Shown one piece after another: positions 21,051 through 30,614 of a stretch of 64,000 nt of DNA (positions within the stretch are counted from its first letter, which is position 1; each line of letters starts with the position of its first letter). Below the pieces are notes generated by a model. That model had not been told where the DNA came from. It did no database searches and saw only the letters and a program-made list of their open reading frames with translations. The DNA is taken from the NCBI GenBank assembly GCA_963842525.1, contig CAWJGT010000009.1, forward strand, positions 512,001-576,000, in the 5' to 3' direction. Both the position numbers and the translations under genes were made by a program. This stretch comes from an uncultured Holophagales bacterium (lineage in GTDB: Bacteria; Acidobacteriota; Thermoanaerobaculia; Multivoradales; UBA5704).

Positions 21051-21561
21051 CTCGCAAGCGGAAGCCGTGTGCGATGCCGGGCCGTTGATCCATCTCGACG
21101 AGCTGGGCAGCTTGGATTTCCTATCTGATTTCGCGGCAGTCTTCGTGCCCGGCGCGGTTTGGGAAGAGGTGGAACGGTATCGACCGGGGGTTCTGGGAAA
21201 GGCCTCCTTTCCTCTGATCTACCTGCCTGTCGAGATTTCCCGAGATGCAGGATTCGAGACCCTTGTCCGGGCCTTCAATCTCGGAGCCGGCGAGCAGGCG
21301 GCGCTCTCCTTGATGGGATCGCATCCGGGTGCGATCTTTCTCTCTGACGATGCCGCTGCCAGGTTGGCAGCCAAAGCCCTCCATTTTCGATCTCAGGGGA
21401 CGCTCGGAGTTCTCCTGCGCTCCCTTCGGCGCGGTCTCTGCACCCGAGCGCAGGTACTCGGGCTCCTCCGAGAGATCCCGGAGAAGTCGACCCTCCACAT
21501 TCGGCCGGGGCTCCTGCAGAGCGTGATTGAGGAGGTCGAGGAGTCCGGGGTAGGTGCCTGA
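21037..21561 (+). CDS. PIN-domain (DUF3368-like) toxin
   Basis: VCDAGPLIHL, GAGEQAA, SDDAAAR, GTLGVL. Confidence 0.82.
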   Translation: MEPIDSQAEAVCDAGPLIHLDELGSLDFLSDFAAVFVPGAVWEEVERYRPGVLGKASFPLIYLPVEISRDAGFETLVRAFNLGAGEQAALSLMGSHPGAIFLSDDAAARLAAKALHFRSQGTLGVLLRSLRRGLCTRAQVLGLLREIPEKSTLHIRPGLLQSVIEEVEESGVGA

Positions 21562-21609
21562 GCTCTTCTAAGGCCGCCCTCCGCAAGAACGTTTTTCAGG
21601 GCGCATCGT

Positions 21610-23130
21610 ATGAAGGGCATGAAAAACACACTCACGGCACTTTTCGTCACCCTGGCAAGCCTCTCTCTGGGTCATACCGCCCAGGCTCCTGCCGCGGCGC
21701 CGCTGGCGAAGGACGCCGCCTTCGAAGCCCGCATCCACCGCGTCGAGAACGGGCTGCTGCCGGCCGTCCTCGTCAAGGGCGCGCCGCCGGCAACGATGAG
21801 CCTGGCCGAGCGGATGCAGTTCTACAAGGTGCCGGGCGTGAGCGTCGCGGTCATCAACGAAGGCCGCGTCGAATGGGCGCGCGGTTTCGGCGTCAAGGAA
21901 GCGGGCAAGAGCGATCCGGTCACGCCCGAGACGCTGTTCCAGGCCGGCTCGATCAGCAAGCCGGTCGCGGCGCTTGCCGCGCTCCGCCTCGTACAGGACG
22001 GGCGGCTCAGCCTCGACGAGGACGTGAACGCGAAGCTCGTCTCGTGGAAGGTGCCGGAGAACGAATTCACCCGCGAGCAGAAGGTGACGTTGCGCCGTCT
22101 CCTGAGCCACACCGCCGGCCTGACCGTGCACGGCTTCCCCGGCTACGCGGCGGACGTGCCCGTGCCCACCGTCGTCCAGGTGCTCGACGGTACGAGCCCC
22201 GCGAGTCCTGCGAACCCCGCAAACACCGCGGCCGTCCGCGTGGACACCGTGCCTGGCACGCTGTGGCGCTATTCGGGGGGCGGCTACACGGTCATGCAGC
22301 AGCTCCTGGTCGACGTGACCCAAAAGCTGTTTCCCGACCTCCTGCAGCAAACAGTCTTCGAGCCGCTCGGCCTCCGCCACAGCACCTACGAGCAGCCGCT
22401 GCCCACGTCGTTTGCCGTACTGGCCGCGACCGCGCACAACAACGGCCAACCCATCCCGGGGCGCTGGCACATCTATCCCGAAATGGCCGCCGCCGGCCTG
22501 TGGACGACGCCCGCGGACCTGGCGCAGATTGCCATCGAGATCCAGCGCACCCTCGCCGGCCACTCCAACAAGATCCTGACACCGGCGACGGCGCGGCAGA
22601 TGGTCACCGTGCAGATGGAGGACTACGGGCTCGGGCCTGGCGTCGAGGGCACGGGCGCCTCTGCGCGTTTCAGCCACGGCGGCGTGGACGAGGGCTTCGA
22701 GGCCTTCTGGATCGCCTATGAGAGCACGGGGCAGGGCGCGGTCGTGATGACGAACGGCGCCGGCGGCACGGCCCTCGTCATGGAGGTGATCCGTGCGGTC
22801 GCGCGCGAGTACAAATGGCCCGACTTCGCACCCCAGGAGCGCGCGCTCGCCACCGTCGATCCCAAGACGCTCGCGGCCTACGCCGGCACCTACGAGCTCC
22901 GGGTGTCGCCGGAGCGCACCATCACGCTCGCTGTGACCAGCGAGCAGGGCAAGATCTACACCCTGCAGGAGGGCGGTTCGAAAAACGAATGGCTGCCGTC
23001 CTCCGAGACCGAGTTCTTCCGCACCGCCTCGGGGACCACCCTGCAATTCGTCAAGGACGAGCAGGGGCGCATCGGCGAGCTCGTCATCCATCAAGGCGGA
23101 CAGGACTATCGCGGGCAGAGGGTCAAGTGA
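21610..23130 (+). CDS. Secreted serine hydrolase (beta-lactamase class C-like) with C-terminal DUF3471-like domain
   Basis: Signal peptide; GSISK (SxxK), LLSHTAG, YSG, HGG motifs. Confidence 0.9.
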   Translation: MKGMKNTLTALFVTLASLSLGHTAQAPAAAPLAKDAAFEARIHRVENGLLPAVLVKGAPPATMSLAERMQFYKVPGVSVAVINEGRVEWARGFGVKEAGKSDPVTPETLFQAGSISKPVAALAALRLVQDGRLSLDEDVNAKLVSWKVPENEFTREQKVTLRRLLSHTAGLTVHGFPGYAADVPVPTVVQVLDGTSPASPANPANTAAVRVDTVPGTLWRYSGGGYTVMQQLLVDVTQKLFPDLLQQTVFEPLGLRHSTYEQPLPTSFAVLAATAHNNGQPIPGRWHIYPEMAAAGLWTTPADLAQIAIEIQRTLAGHSNKILTPATARQMVTVQMEDYGLGPGVEGTGASARFSHGGVDEGFEAFWIAYESTGQGAVVMTNGAGGTALVMEVIRAVAREYKWPDFAPQERALATVDPKTLAAYAGTYELRVSPERTITLAVTSEQGKIYTLQEGGSKNEWLPSSETEFFRTASGTTLQFVKDEQGRIGELVIHQGGQDYRGQRVK

Positions 23131-23198
23131 GCGGCTGCCCTGTGAAACAATTCGGGGAGATCTCCCACGGAGGGTAGAGGCGTTCACACGGAGGGCCG

Positions 23199-24181
23199 AT
23201 GCTCAAGATCCTGATCTCGGGTGGGTTCAACGAAGAAGACAAGAAGTCCCTCGACGCCGTGCAGACGTTTGCGCGGCACCTGGGGGAGCAGGTCGTGCGC
23301 AGGGGGCACACCCTGTTGAGCGGCTGCCGGACGAGCCTGGATGCAGTGGTGGCGGAAGGGGCCGGCGCGGCTGCCGAGGACCTGAAGCTGGAGCCGGAGA
23401 CCCGGCTCATCAGCTATGTGATGGCCGGAGAGCAGCAGGCGTTCGGCCGCGGCAGCGTCCTCATGTCGCGGCTGAGCGATTGGGAAGCGGGAGCCCGCGC
23501 CTGCGCGTTCCGGAGCCGATCGAACAAGCGGACGCGGTCATCCTCCTCGGCGGCTTCAAGGGGACCCACCGCGCCGCGAACTGGGCCCGGATCGCCAGGA
23601 AGCCGATCCTGCCCATCCCGCGCTTCGGCGGCGCCGCGAAGGACATCTATCACGAAGAGCTCGACTCGTTCCGGGCCTCGCATCTCGAACAGAGCGACTT
23701 CGAATCGCTCTCGGAGATGACCCCCGATCTCGAAAAGCTGGCAGGCCGGATCATCAGCCTGGCCGAGAAGGCCTGCATCTCCAGCAATGTTTTCGTGATG
23801 ATGTCCTTTTCGGAAGAGCCGGCCCTGGCGGATGCTCTCGAGTCGTTCCAGACGGTCTGCGACCGCTTCGGTTATCGGTGTCGCCGGATCGACGAGGAGA
23901 ACGATGTCGAACGGATCCTGCCGGAGATGCTGTCGCGCATCCGAAACTGCGCCTTCGTCATCGCCGATCTGAGCGAGCCGAGGCCGAACGTCTACTATGA
24001 GCTCGGCTACGCGGAGGGACAGGGCAAGCCGCTGATCGTCACGGCGAAGAAGGACACTGTGCTGCCCTTCGACACCAAGGACATCCCGGTGATCTTCTGG
24101 GAGAACCAGAAGGGACTCAAGGACAAGCTCGCCAAAAGGGTGGCCCACATCGCGGCCCGGCAGGGGCGGTCGGCTGCCTGA
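23199..24181 (+). CDS. SLOG/LOG-like domain fused to nucleoside 2-deoxyribosyltransferase-like domain, frameshift near 23485
   Basis: ADAVILLGGFKGT...PILPIPRFGGAA; VFVMMSF...VIADLSEPRPNVYYELGYA. Confidence 0.75.
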
Positions 24182-24314
24182 AGCTATCGTGTGAGAAAAG
24201 CGCTCGTCACCCTGCTCATCGCGCTGGCAGGCCTGTCCGGCTGCCTTGACGCGCAGGCGCCGCCGAGTAAGTGAGCCGGACGATCCATCCCCTTCCTGCT
24301 GGTAAGATCGCGCC

Positions 24315-24512
24315 ATGGCTGAACAAGGCTCTGCTGGAAACGTCCTTGCCGCCCTTGCGAGCTTCTTCATCCCCGGATTGGGACAGCTCCTTCAGGGGCG
24401 CGTGCTCGTGGCGCTCGTCCACTTCGTGCTGGCAGGCGTACTGTGGATCTTCTTGCTGGGCTGGATCGTCCACATCTGGTCGATCATCGACGCGGCACGC
24501 TGGAAGGCGTAA
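24315..24512 (+). CDS. Small membrane protein
   Basis: LASFFIPGLGQLLQGR, two hydrophobic segments. Confidence 0.75.
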   Translation: MAEQGSAGNVLAALASFFIPGLGQLLQGRVLVALVHFVLAGVLWIFLLGWIVHIWSIIDAARWKA

Positions 24513-24565
24513 ACGGGTCCACATGACCTCGGCGGTGAGCCCAGGCGTTCAGGGGGAGTGACAAT

Positions 24566-24970
24566 ATGCGACTGGATATCTATTTGAACTATCGCGGGAA
24601 CTGCGAAGAGGCGTTCCGCTTCTACGAGCAACACCTTGACGGCAAGATCACGGGGATCGTACGGCATGGGGAACAGCCCAATCCGAGCATCCCGGCTGAT
24701 TGGAAGGAAAAGGTCCTTCACGCCCGCATCGAGATCGGCACAACAGTGCTCATGGGTGCGGACATTCCGACCGCCGAACCGATGCGAAGCGCCTACCTGA
24801 CGCTCACTCTGGATCGTGAGGAGGACGCGGAGCGCGTATACGCCCTGCTTGCGGACGGGGGTGAAATCTTCATGAAGATGGAGAAGACACCCTTCGCCAA
24901 TCGCTTCGCCATGCTCAGGGACAAGTTCGGCACGTCTTGGATGCTCCTTCATCAACCTGGCGGAGCGTAG
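24566..24970 (+). CDS. VOC/PhnB-family protein
   Basis: YLNYRGNCEEAF.FY, LHAR, DKFGTSW. Confidence 0.9.
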   Translation: MRLDIYLNYRGNCEEAFRFYEQHLDGKITGIVRHGEQPNPSIPADWKEKVLHARIEIGTTVLMGADIPTAEPMRSAYLTLTLDREEDAERVYALLADGGEIFMKMEKTPFANRFAMLRDKFGTSWMLLHQPGGA

Positions 24971-25001
24971 AAGGTTCCGGAACCGTCATAGGGGCCGAGG
25001 C

Positions 25002-25066
25002 CGGTCAACGGCACCGAGGCTGATCAGCGGCGAGGCGTTGCTGACGACGGTCAAGATCGGCCGAGG
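25002..25066 (+). repeat. 65 bp direct repeat, second copy at 27912-27976
   Basis: cggtcaacggcaccgaggctgatcag...gttgctgacgac..tcaagatcggccgagg. Confidence 0.85.
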
Positions 25067-25067
25067 A

Positions 25068-25481
25068 TCACCCACGCAGCTCTAGCGTGTAGTTCCAACC
25101 GAGGAACGAGTCTATATGGCGGACGAGCCGGAAGGAGACGCCCAGCCGGGGCGAGCGTAACCAGCCGCCTACACTGGGCCTGACTCGTGTGTAGACACCA
25201 CCCTTGAGGGTGTGGATGTCGAACCGGTCGATGAAGAGATATCCGAGCTTACGTTCGGCGATCAGGATGCCGAGGCCCAGCGCGAAAGCGCTTTTGACGA
25301 GGCTGTGCGTCGAGATCTCTTCCGGGCTCATGTCCGCATCCACGTCGCCCGCCAGGTAATCGATGCGCCCGTTCTCGGGGAAGGTGTCCGACTGCGCCCA
25401 CCTCCGGAAACCCTCGAAGGTGAAGGCGGCGGCCGGTATCTGGAAGCTCCCCTTGGACGAAGCTGCGTGCGCTCGAGCCAT
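25068..25481 (-). pseudogene. Uma2-family endonuclease with internal deletion
   Basis: FRRWAQSD.FPENGRIDY..G...DMSPE...H; the central PD-(D/E)xK region appears missing after FIDR. Confidence 0.6.
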
Positions 25482-25608
25482 GAGACGATCTTACTCCACT
25501 CGATCTGTGTTCCGTTGCGGAACAAGATGCCTGGAGAGCCTGAAGAGGTGCAACCCGCTCCGGGGGTGACGGCTTGACGAAATGGGAGACCTGTGGAAAC
25601 CTTGAGCC

Positions 25609-25797
25609 ATGACGGACGCTGCCCGCCGGATCGTCGAGACGTTCGAGGCACTGCCCGAAGAGGACAGGCAGACTGTTGTCGTAGAGATCCTTCGCCGGAC
25701 CGCGGCCGATGTCTACCCAGCCCTGGAAGATAAGGATCTCGTGCTCGCGGCCGAGCAGGTATTCCTTGAGCTCGATCGCCGCGAGCAAGAGGAGTGA
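25609..25797 (+). CDS. Putative antitoxin
   Basis: 62 aa acidic ORF overlapping the MazF-like gene by 4 bp. Confidence 0.72.
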   Translation: MTDAARRIVETFEALPEEDRQTVVVEILRRTAADVYPALEDKDLVLAAEQVFLELDRREQEE

Positions 25798-26123
25798 GAT
25801 CTCCGCAAAGGGGCGAGGTCTGGCTCGTCGACCTCGGCCAGGCCGCCAAAGTTCGCCCCTGCCTCGTCCTGAGCATCCCTCTGGAGGACATTGACCGGGC
25901 CTTGGTCACTCTCGTACCCCATACGACGAGCCTCCGGCACTCTCGCTTCGAGGTCTCTCTGCGAGCGCACTTCCTCCGCCCCGGCGGATTTGATGCGCAA
26001 AACCTGGTAACGGTCCCAACCGCGAAATTGCTGCGGCTCCTTGGCAGACTGGCCCCGGCACAGCTTTCCGAGGTCGAAGCGCGAGTGCGCACCTGGTTGG
26101 GCCTTGCGGATCGACAAGGCTGA
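25794..26123 (+). CDS. mazF: PemK/MazF-family toxin
   Basis: RGEVWLVDLG..AKVRPCLVLS...VPHTTS. Confidence 0.88.
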   Translation: MRSPQRGEVWLVDLGQAAKVRPCLVLSIPLEDIDRALVTLVPHTTSLRHSRFEVSLRAHFLRPGGFDAQNLVTVPTAKLLRLLGRLAPAQLSEVEARVRTWLGLADRQG

Positions 26124-26190
26124 CCCCTCTTCCGACTCAGAAGGCGAAGCGGTCGTGATCCCGCTCGCGGAAGTCTTTCGCTGAGCCCGC

Positions 26191-27165
26191 CTACAGCCCC
26201 CCGTCCAGCAGAGGCCAGACAACTCCCGCAAGAAACGGCCGATGGAAGAGGATGGGGAGGGGGAGCACGAGCCAGAAGAGCGTCCAGGTGCGACCGATCC
26301 AGGCGCGTTGGGACACGGGATGGCCGGTTCGCTCCAGCCGCCGCTCGGTCAGCATCAGGACGCCGTGCAGGGCGAAGTAGGAGAGCGGCAGGCCGAAGCC
26401 GCGGTTCACCGGCAGGCTGATGGCGATCTCATGAAGAAGGCCTGAGGCGAGAAAGGCGGCCACGGTGGCGGCCGGCCGGCCCACTCGAGGCAGGAGGGGC
26501 CGGTAGATGCCGAGCGCCGTCATCTCCGAGAAGGCGAGGTTCCAGCGTCGGCCCCAGAACTCCGTCAGGCTCCGGGAGCGGAGAGGAGCCCGGAAGAGCG
26601 TTTCGCAGCGGGCTCCGGCCAGCCGCCAGCCGCCCGCCAGGATGTTGCAGAGCCCGAAGTGGAGGATGAGGCTCAGACCCGGCAGGGCCAGGACGGTGGC
26701 GGCGACGGCGTAGCCCTCGGCCCAGACCCGGCGGGCGGCCAGGAGAAGGACCGCACCCACGGCGAGGCGGACGAGGCCGCTGCCGATCAACCGGAGACCT
26801 CCGGGCTGCGAACGGGCTCCCAGGCTCGCGAAGAGGCTGGGTCGCATCCCCGGCCAGGCGGCGGCGAAGGCGAGCCAGCGGAGCGGAGAGAGGGTCTTCC
26901 CCGCGGCGGCCTCCTCGACGCTGACCACCGCCTTCATGCCGAAGAGGAGCGCTCCCAGGATGCCGAGCATGCGGAACCCCGCGGGCTCGCTCGCGGTGAG
27001 GCGCTCGGCACCGGCGAAGGCGAGGATCACGAGCGACCAGGCCGCGACCCGGGCGCGAGGCAGGGAGGCGATGCGGCGGATGACGAGGCCGAGCGCGAGG
27101 GTGACGGCGAGGAGCGCCACGCCGGCCCATGCGATCAGGGGGTCCGACGGCGTATAGGCGCTCAT
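26191..27165 (-). CDS. MBOAT (wax-synthase-like) membrane acyltransferase
   Basis: SLTEFWGRRWN and FLASGLLHE. Confidence 0.85.
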   Translation of the reverse strand: MSAYTPSDPLIAWAGVALLAVTLALGLVIRRIASLPRARVAAWSLVILAFAGAERLTASEPAGFRMLGILGALLFGMKAVVSVEEAAAGKTLSPLRWLAFAAAWPGMRPSLFASLGARSQPGGLRLIGSGLVRLAVGAVLLLAARRVWAEGYAVAATVLALPGLSLILHFGLCNILAGGWRLAGARCETLFRAPLRSRSLTEFWGRRWNLAFSEMTALGIYRPLLPRVGRPAATVAAFLASGLLHEIAISLPVNRGFGLPLSYFALHGVLMLTERRLERTGHPVSQRAWIGRTWTLFWLVLPLPILFHRPFLAGVVWPLLDGGL

Positions 27166-27587
27166 CCTCCACCAGCGCGCAGATGGCTCACCAGCGCGGC
27201 TCCGTAGACCGCCACGAGGTAGGCGAAGAGGGTGACGAGAGCGGCCTCGGCAGCCCGGAACTTGAAGCCGGTCGGCGCGGATCGGCGATCGAGCAAGGCG
27301 AACTGCAGGACGAGCCGGGCGCCCCAATAGAGTGCGATGAACCCGCAGACGGCGGCAGCCAGGGGTGTGCGGTCGAGGAGCCAATCCGGCGCGAGCAGGG
27401 AGAGGAGCCCGAAGCAGATATGGAAGCACCAGATATAGGCGGCATACACCCAGAAGACCTGGCGGGTGAGCGGCTGCAGCCGCGCCGTGTCCTCGCGCCA
27501 TCCCAGGGCGCGAGGAATGGCGAGGCTCGCCGCAGCGAGGGCGAGCTGGCCGAGTCCCGCCGCCATCAAGAGTGAGCGGAGCAGCAT
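27162..27587 (-). CDS. Membrane hypothetical protein
   Basis: Four hydrophobic segments, LTRQVFWVY; coupled to the MBOAT gene. Confidence 0.7.
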   Translation of the reverse strand: MLLRSLLMAAGLGQLALAAASLAIPRALGWREDTARLQPLTRQVFWVYAAYIWCFHICFGLLSLLAPDWLLDRTPLAAAVCGFIALYWGARLVLQFALLDRRSAPTGFKFRAAEAALVTLFAYLVAVYGAALVSHLRAGGG

Positions 27588-27606
27588 CGAAGGTCTCCTT
27601 GGTTTA

Positions 27607-27844
27607 GAAGGCGTTTGGAAAATCAGCCCCGCCAGGGGCGGCCGAGATTAGCCCGGGATTTCAATCCCGGGAACGAGCGCATTCCAAACCCCCCGGAGCC
27701 CCGCCAGGGGCGACAGGAACCCGATCGGCGATGTCCTGCCGCCCCTACCGGGGCTGGATGGTGGGTTTGCGCCTCCCAACCCGGCACTGAAGTGCCGGGC
27801 TAATTTCGTCCGCCCCTTGCGGGGCTCGATTTCCAAACACCCTC
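27607..27844. mobile_element. MITE with IS5-like terminal inverted repeats and TTA target duplication
   Basis: tta-GAAGGCGTTTGGAAA ... TTTCCAAACACCCTC-tta; internal palindromes; no transposase. Confidence 0.7.
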
Positions 27845-27886
27845 TTAGATCGAGCGTCTTCTATCTTGGTTCAAACCTCTACCGCT

Positions 27887-27964
27887 TCAGAGCTGATGCA
27901 ACAGCTCAAGACGGTCAACGGCACCGAGGCTGATCAGAGGTGAGGTGTTGCTGACGACGATCAA
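27887..27964 (-). pseudogene. Truncated DUF3368 PIN toxin start
   Basis: Manual translation MIVVSNTSPLISLGAVDRLELLHQL-stop, overlapping the antitoxin stop. Confidence 0.6.
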
Positions 27965-28206
27965 GATCGGCCGAGGCTGCGCAGGGTCGAGAGGTCCTGC
28001 TCGAATTCCTCGACGTCATAGTGGATGGGGATGCCGCGGCTGGCCAGGAGGTGCTGGAAACGGAGGCGGTCCAGTCCGGCCAGGCTCGTGGCCTGCCCCA
28101 GGGTGAGGCGGTCTTTCTGGAAAAGCAGGACAGCCAATTCCTGGCGCAGCTCTCCCGCGGACATCCGAGCCGCTTGGAGGATCTCGTCTGGAATCGTGAC
28201 GCTCAT
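27961..28206 (-). CDS. UPF0175-family antitoxin
   Basis: ELRQELAVLLFQKDRLTLGQA..LAG..R..FQHLLASRGI. Confidence 0.85.
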   Translation of the reverse strand: MSVTIPDEILQAARMSAGELRQELAVLLFQKDRLTLGQATSLAGLDRLRFQHLLASRGIPIHYDVEEFEQDLSTLRSLGRS

Positions 28207-28290
28207 GATGAATGCCCCGATCCTCAATGTACCACGCAGGCCAGATCATCGGGGATTGTGCCAGGTCCTGGACGTTCGTGGTGGCGGGGG

Positions 28291-28365
28291 ACGGAGACGC
28301 CCTGACCGTGTCGTAACCGGTAAGGTGTGGGAACGGACTAGGGCGTCTCTACGGCGCGTTGCACA
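28291..28365. repeat. GTAG-type REP-like hairpin
   Basis: gagacgccct ... agggcgtctc inverted arms followed by tacgg. Confidence 0.5.
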
Positions 28366-28373
28366 GGATTTGT

Positions 28374-30557
28374 CTACGGCTCGCCGCCCTCTTCCTCCTC
28401 GCCTCCCGGGCAGGTCTCCACCTCCGGAATCCACCGCTTCTCCGCGGCTTCCAGGCCGAGGTCGGTGTTGCGGCAGCAGCGGACGAGCTCGCGATAGAAG
28501 CGGTCCGCGGAGCCCGGGGCGCGCTTTTTGATCCAGGTGCCGGCGGTGGCGAGCGCTTCGGCCTTCTGGTCGCTGCCGTCGGGGAGGAGAGCGGCGGCTT
28601 CCCAGGCGAGGTCGGCGGCCTTGTAGCGGTAGTGGAAGCGCAGGTAAGGATTGAGCCGGCTCTGCTTCACCCGCTCTTCCTCGTCCGGGCCGGGGACCAG
28701 ATGCTTGTTCTTCCGGCGCATTTCGAAGGGTATGGGAAAACCGTTCATCTCGTACTGGCCGTCGTAGATCCGCCAGTCGGGGCCGATCTCGGTGCCCTGG
28801 AGCGCCAGGCCATAGTGGCGGGCCACACAGGCGGCCTCGAAGAGGGCGCGGGAGCGGTCGGCTGCCGGCTTTGCGGCGTCGCGTCCCTGGCCCAGGTTCT
28901 TGTCCAGCGCCGCGATCCAGGGTTGGGAGGCGGCGGGCAGATATGCCGCGGCTTCGCGGAGGCGGCCGGCGCGGGCGAGGCGGCGGCCCAGCAGGTACCG
29001 GATGTCGTGGGCCACGCCCATGGGATCCGGCGAGGTGACGCCCTCGAACCAGTCGGGCGGCTTGTCGCCGGTGCGGCCGGGCGGCCATTGCTCGTCCACG
29101 TAGGTTTTCAGCTCGTCGAGCGTCAGCACCTGCTCGGCCAGGTAGGCGGCGTCCAGCCAGAAGCCGCCGCGCAGGAAATTGTGGAGCGCCTCGGGGTAGC
29201 GCCCCTGGGTGGTGAGGACCACGCCGCGCTCGCCGGACGCGAGCGGCCCGGCCGCAATCCTGCCGCCCGTGCCCCAGGGGCGGTAATGGTCCTCGTCCTC
29301 GGAGGCCAGCTTCGCGGCGCCGAGCCGGCTCGCGGCCTGGGCGAGAAGGTCTTCGGCCTGGGCCAGCTTGCCGTCGCGGAGCAGCAGCTTGGCGCGGACC
29401 CAGGACGTCATCCCGAGGCCCTCGGACGCCAGCTTCAGCCACTCGCGGGCCGCTTCGTAGTCGGCGCCCTGGTAGGCGACCCAGGCGAGCCGCTCGGCGC
29501 CGCCGACGTCCTTGACCCCGGCCGCCTTGACCGCCGCGAGCCACCGGGAGACCTCGGGGTCCGGCGCCTCGGCAGCTCCTCCCTCAACATCCTGGATGCC
29601 GTACTGCGAGCCCCAGGGCGCCTCGTGCCGCCAGGCTAGGAACGCCGTGAGGATTCCGCGCGACTCCGGCGAGCGGGCCACCGGGAGGAGCGCGTCGGAG
29701 CCGGCCTTGAGTGCCTGCCGGGAGGTGTACTGGAGCGAGGAGAGGGCGAGCGGATCGCCGCTCTCGGCGTGGCGGGCATAGAGCACGAGGGCCTTGTCGT
29801 AGTGGCCTTGCCCGAGGCTCGCCCGCGCCTCCCAGCCCAGGCTGGCGGCGGCGAGGCCGAGGCTGTCCTCCAGCTCCTTTTCGGCGAGCTCTCGGGTGCG
29901 TTGGAACCAGGGCACGGCCGCTTGCGGATCCTTCCGGCGCAGGGCGGTCTTGCCGAGCATGAAGGCCGCCCAGGTGGACCGCCACCGCCGCTGGTCCTCC
30001 GGCCTCTGGAGGAGCCTCTCCCAGGCGGCGCGCGCCGCGTCGAGACGCCCCTGGTGGTAGGCAATCGCCCCTTCCAGGTAGTCGGCGAATTCGGCAGGCA
30101 CCCCGGCCGGCGTCCGGAGATCGGCCGGCAACGGTGTTGGAGGGGGTGGCGGCGCCGGCTCATCTCCCCTTTGGAAGACGCCGGCGGACTCGGCATGCTC
30201 GCGCAGCCGGGTGCGGACCCGGGAGTACTCGGCGACCAGCGCCTGTCGCGGCGCGGCCGTCATGCCGCCCTTTTCGAGCGCCTTGCGCAGGTCCGCCAGG
30301 TCCGTTGCCGCGGTCTGGGCGAAGGGGTCGTTGTCGGCTGGCGGCACGGACTTGAACGGCGTCCGGAGGAACCGGAGCCATGCCGCGAGCTCCTGCCGCA
30401 AGGGAAGGGCCGCCGCGTCGAGGACGGATGCCTCGTCGCCGGTCAGCCAGTTGGGGAAGAACGGCCCGCAGGCCCACAAGGCGAACGTCCCCGCGGCGGC
30501 TAGGACGAGGACGGCGAGGACGCGGGCGGCGAAAGGCCGGAGGCGGAGGGGCTCCAT
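28374..30557 (-). CDS. Exported helical-repeat (TPR-like) hypothetical protein
   Basis: Signal-like N-terminus ending ACGP; helical repeats; RFHYRY motif. Confidence 0.75.
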   Translation of the reverse strand: MEPLRLRPFAARVLAVLVLAAAGTFALWACGPFFPNWLTGDEASVLDAAALPLRQELAAWLRFLRTPFKSVPPADNDPFAQTAATDLADLRKALEKGGMTAAPRQALVAEYSRVRTRLREHAESAGVFQRGDEPAPPPPPTPLPADLRTPAGVPAEFADYLEGAIAYHQGRLDAARAAWERLLQRPEDQRRWRSTWAAFMLGKTALRRKDPQAAVPWFQRTRELAEKELEDSLGLAAASLGWEARASLGQGHYDKALVLYARHAESGDPLALSSLQYTSRQALKAGSDALLPVARSPESRGILTAFLAWRHEAPWGSQYGIQDVEGGAAEAPDPEVSRWLAAVKAAGVKDVGGAERLAWVAYQGADYEAAREWLKLASEGLGMTSWVRAKLLLRDGKLAQAEDLLAQAASRLGAAKLASEDEDHYRPWGTGGRIAAGPLASGERGVVLTTQGRYPEALHNFLRGGFWLDAAYLAEQVLTLDELKTYVDEQWPPGRTGDKPPDWFEGVTSPDPMGVAHDIRYLLGRRLARAGRLREAAAYLPAASQPWIAALDKNLGQGRDAAKPAADRSRALFEAACVARHYGLALQGTEIGPDWRIYDGQYEMNGFPIPFEMRRKNKHLVPGPDEEERVKQSRLNPYLRFHYRYKAADLAWEAAALLPDGSDQKAEALATAGTWIKKRAPGSADRFYRELVRCCRNTDLGLEAAEKRWIPEVETCPGGEEEEGGEP

Positions 30558-30614
30558 GGCATCTATCTTAGCCGGGCGTGAGATAGGATTCGACCTTCAC
30601 CCGGGAGGGTCTCC

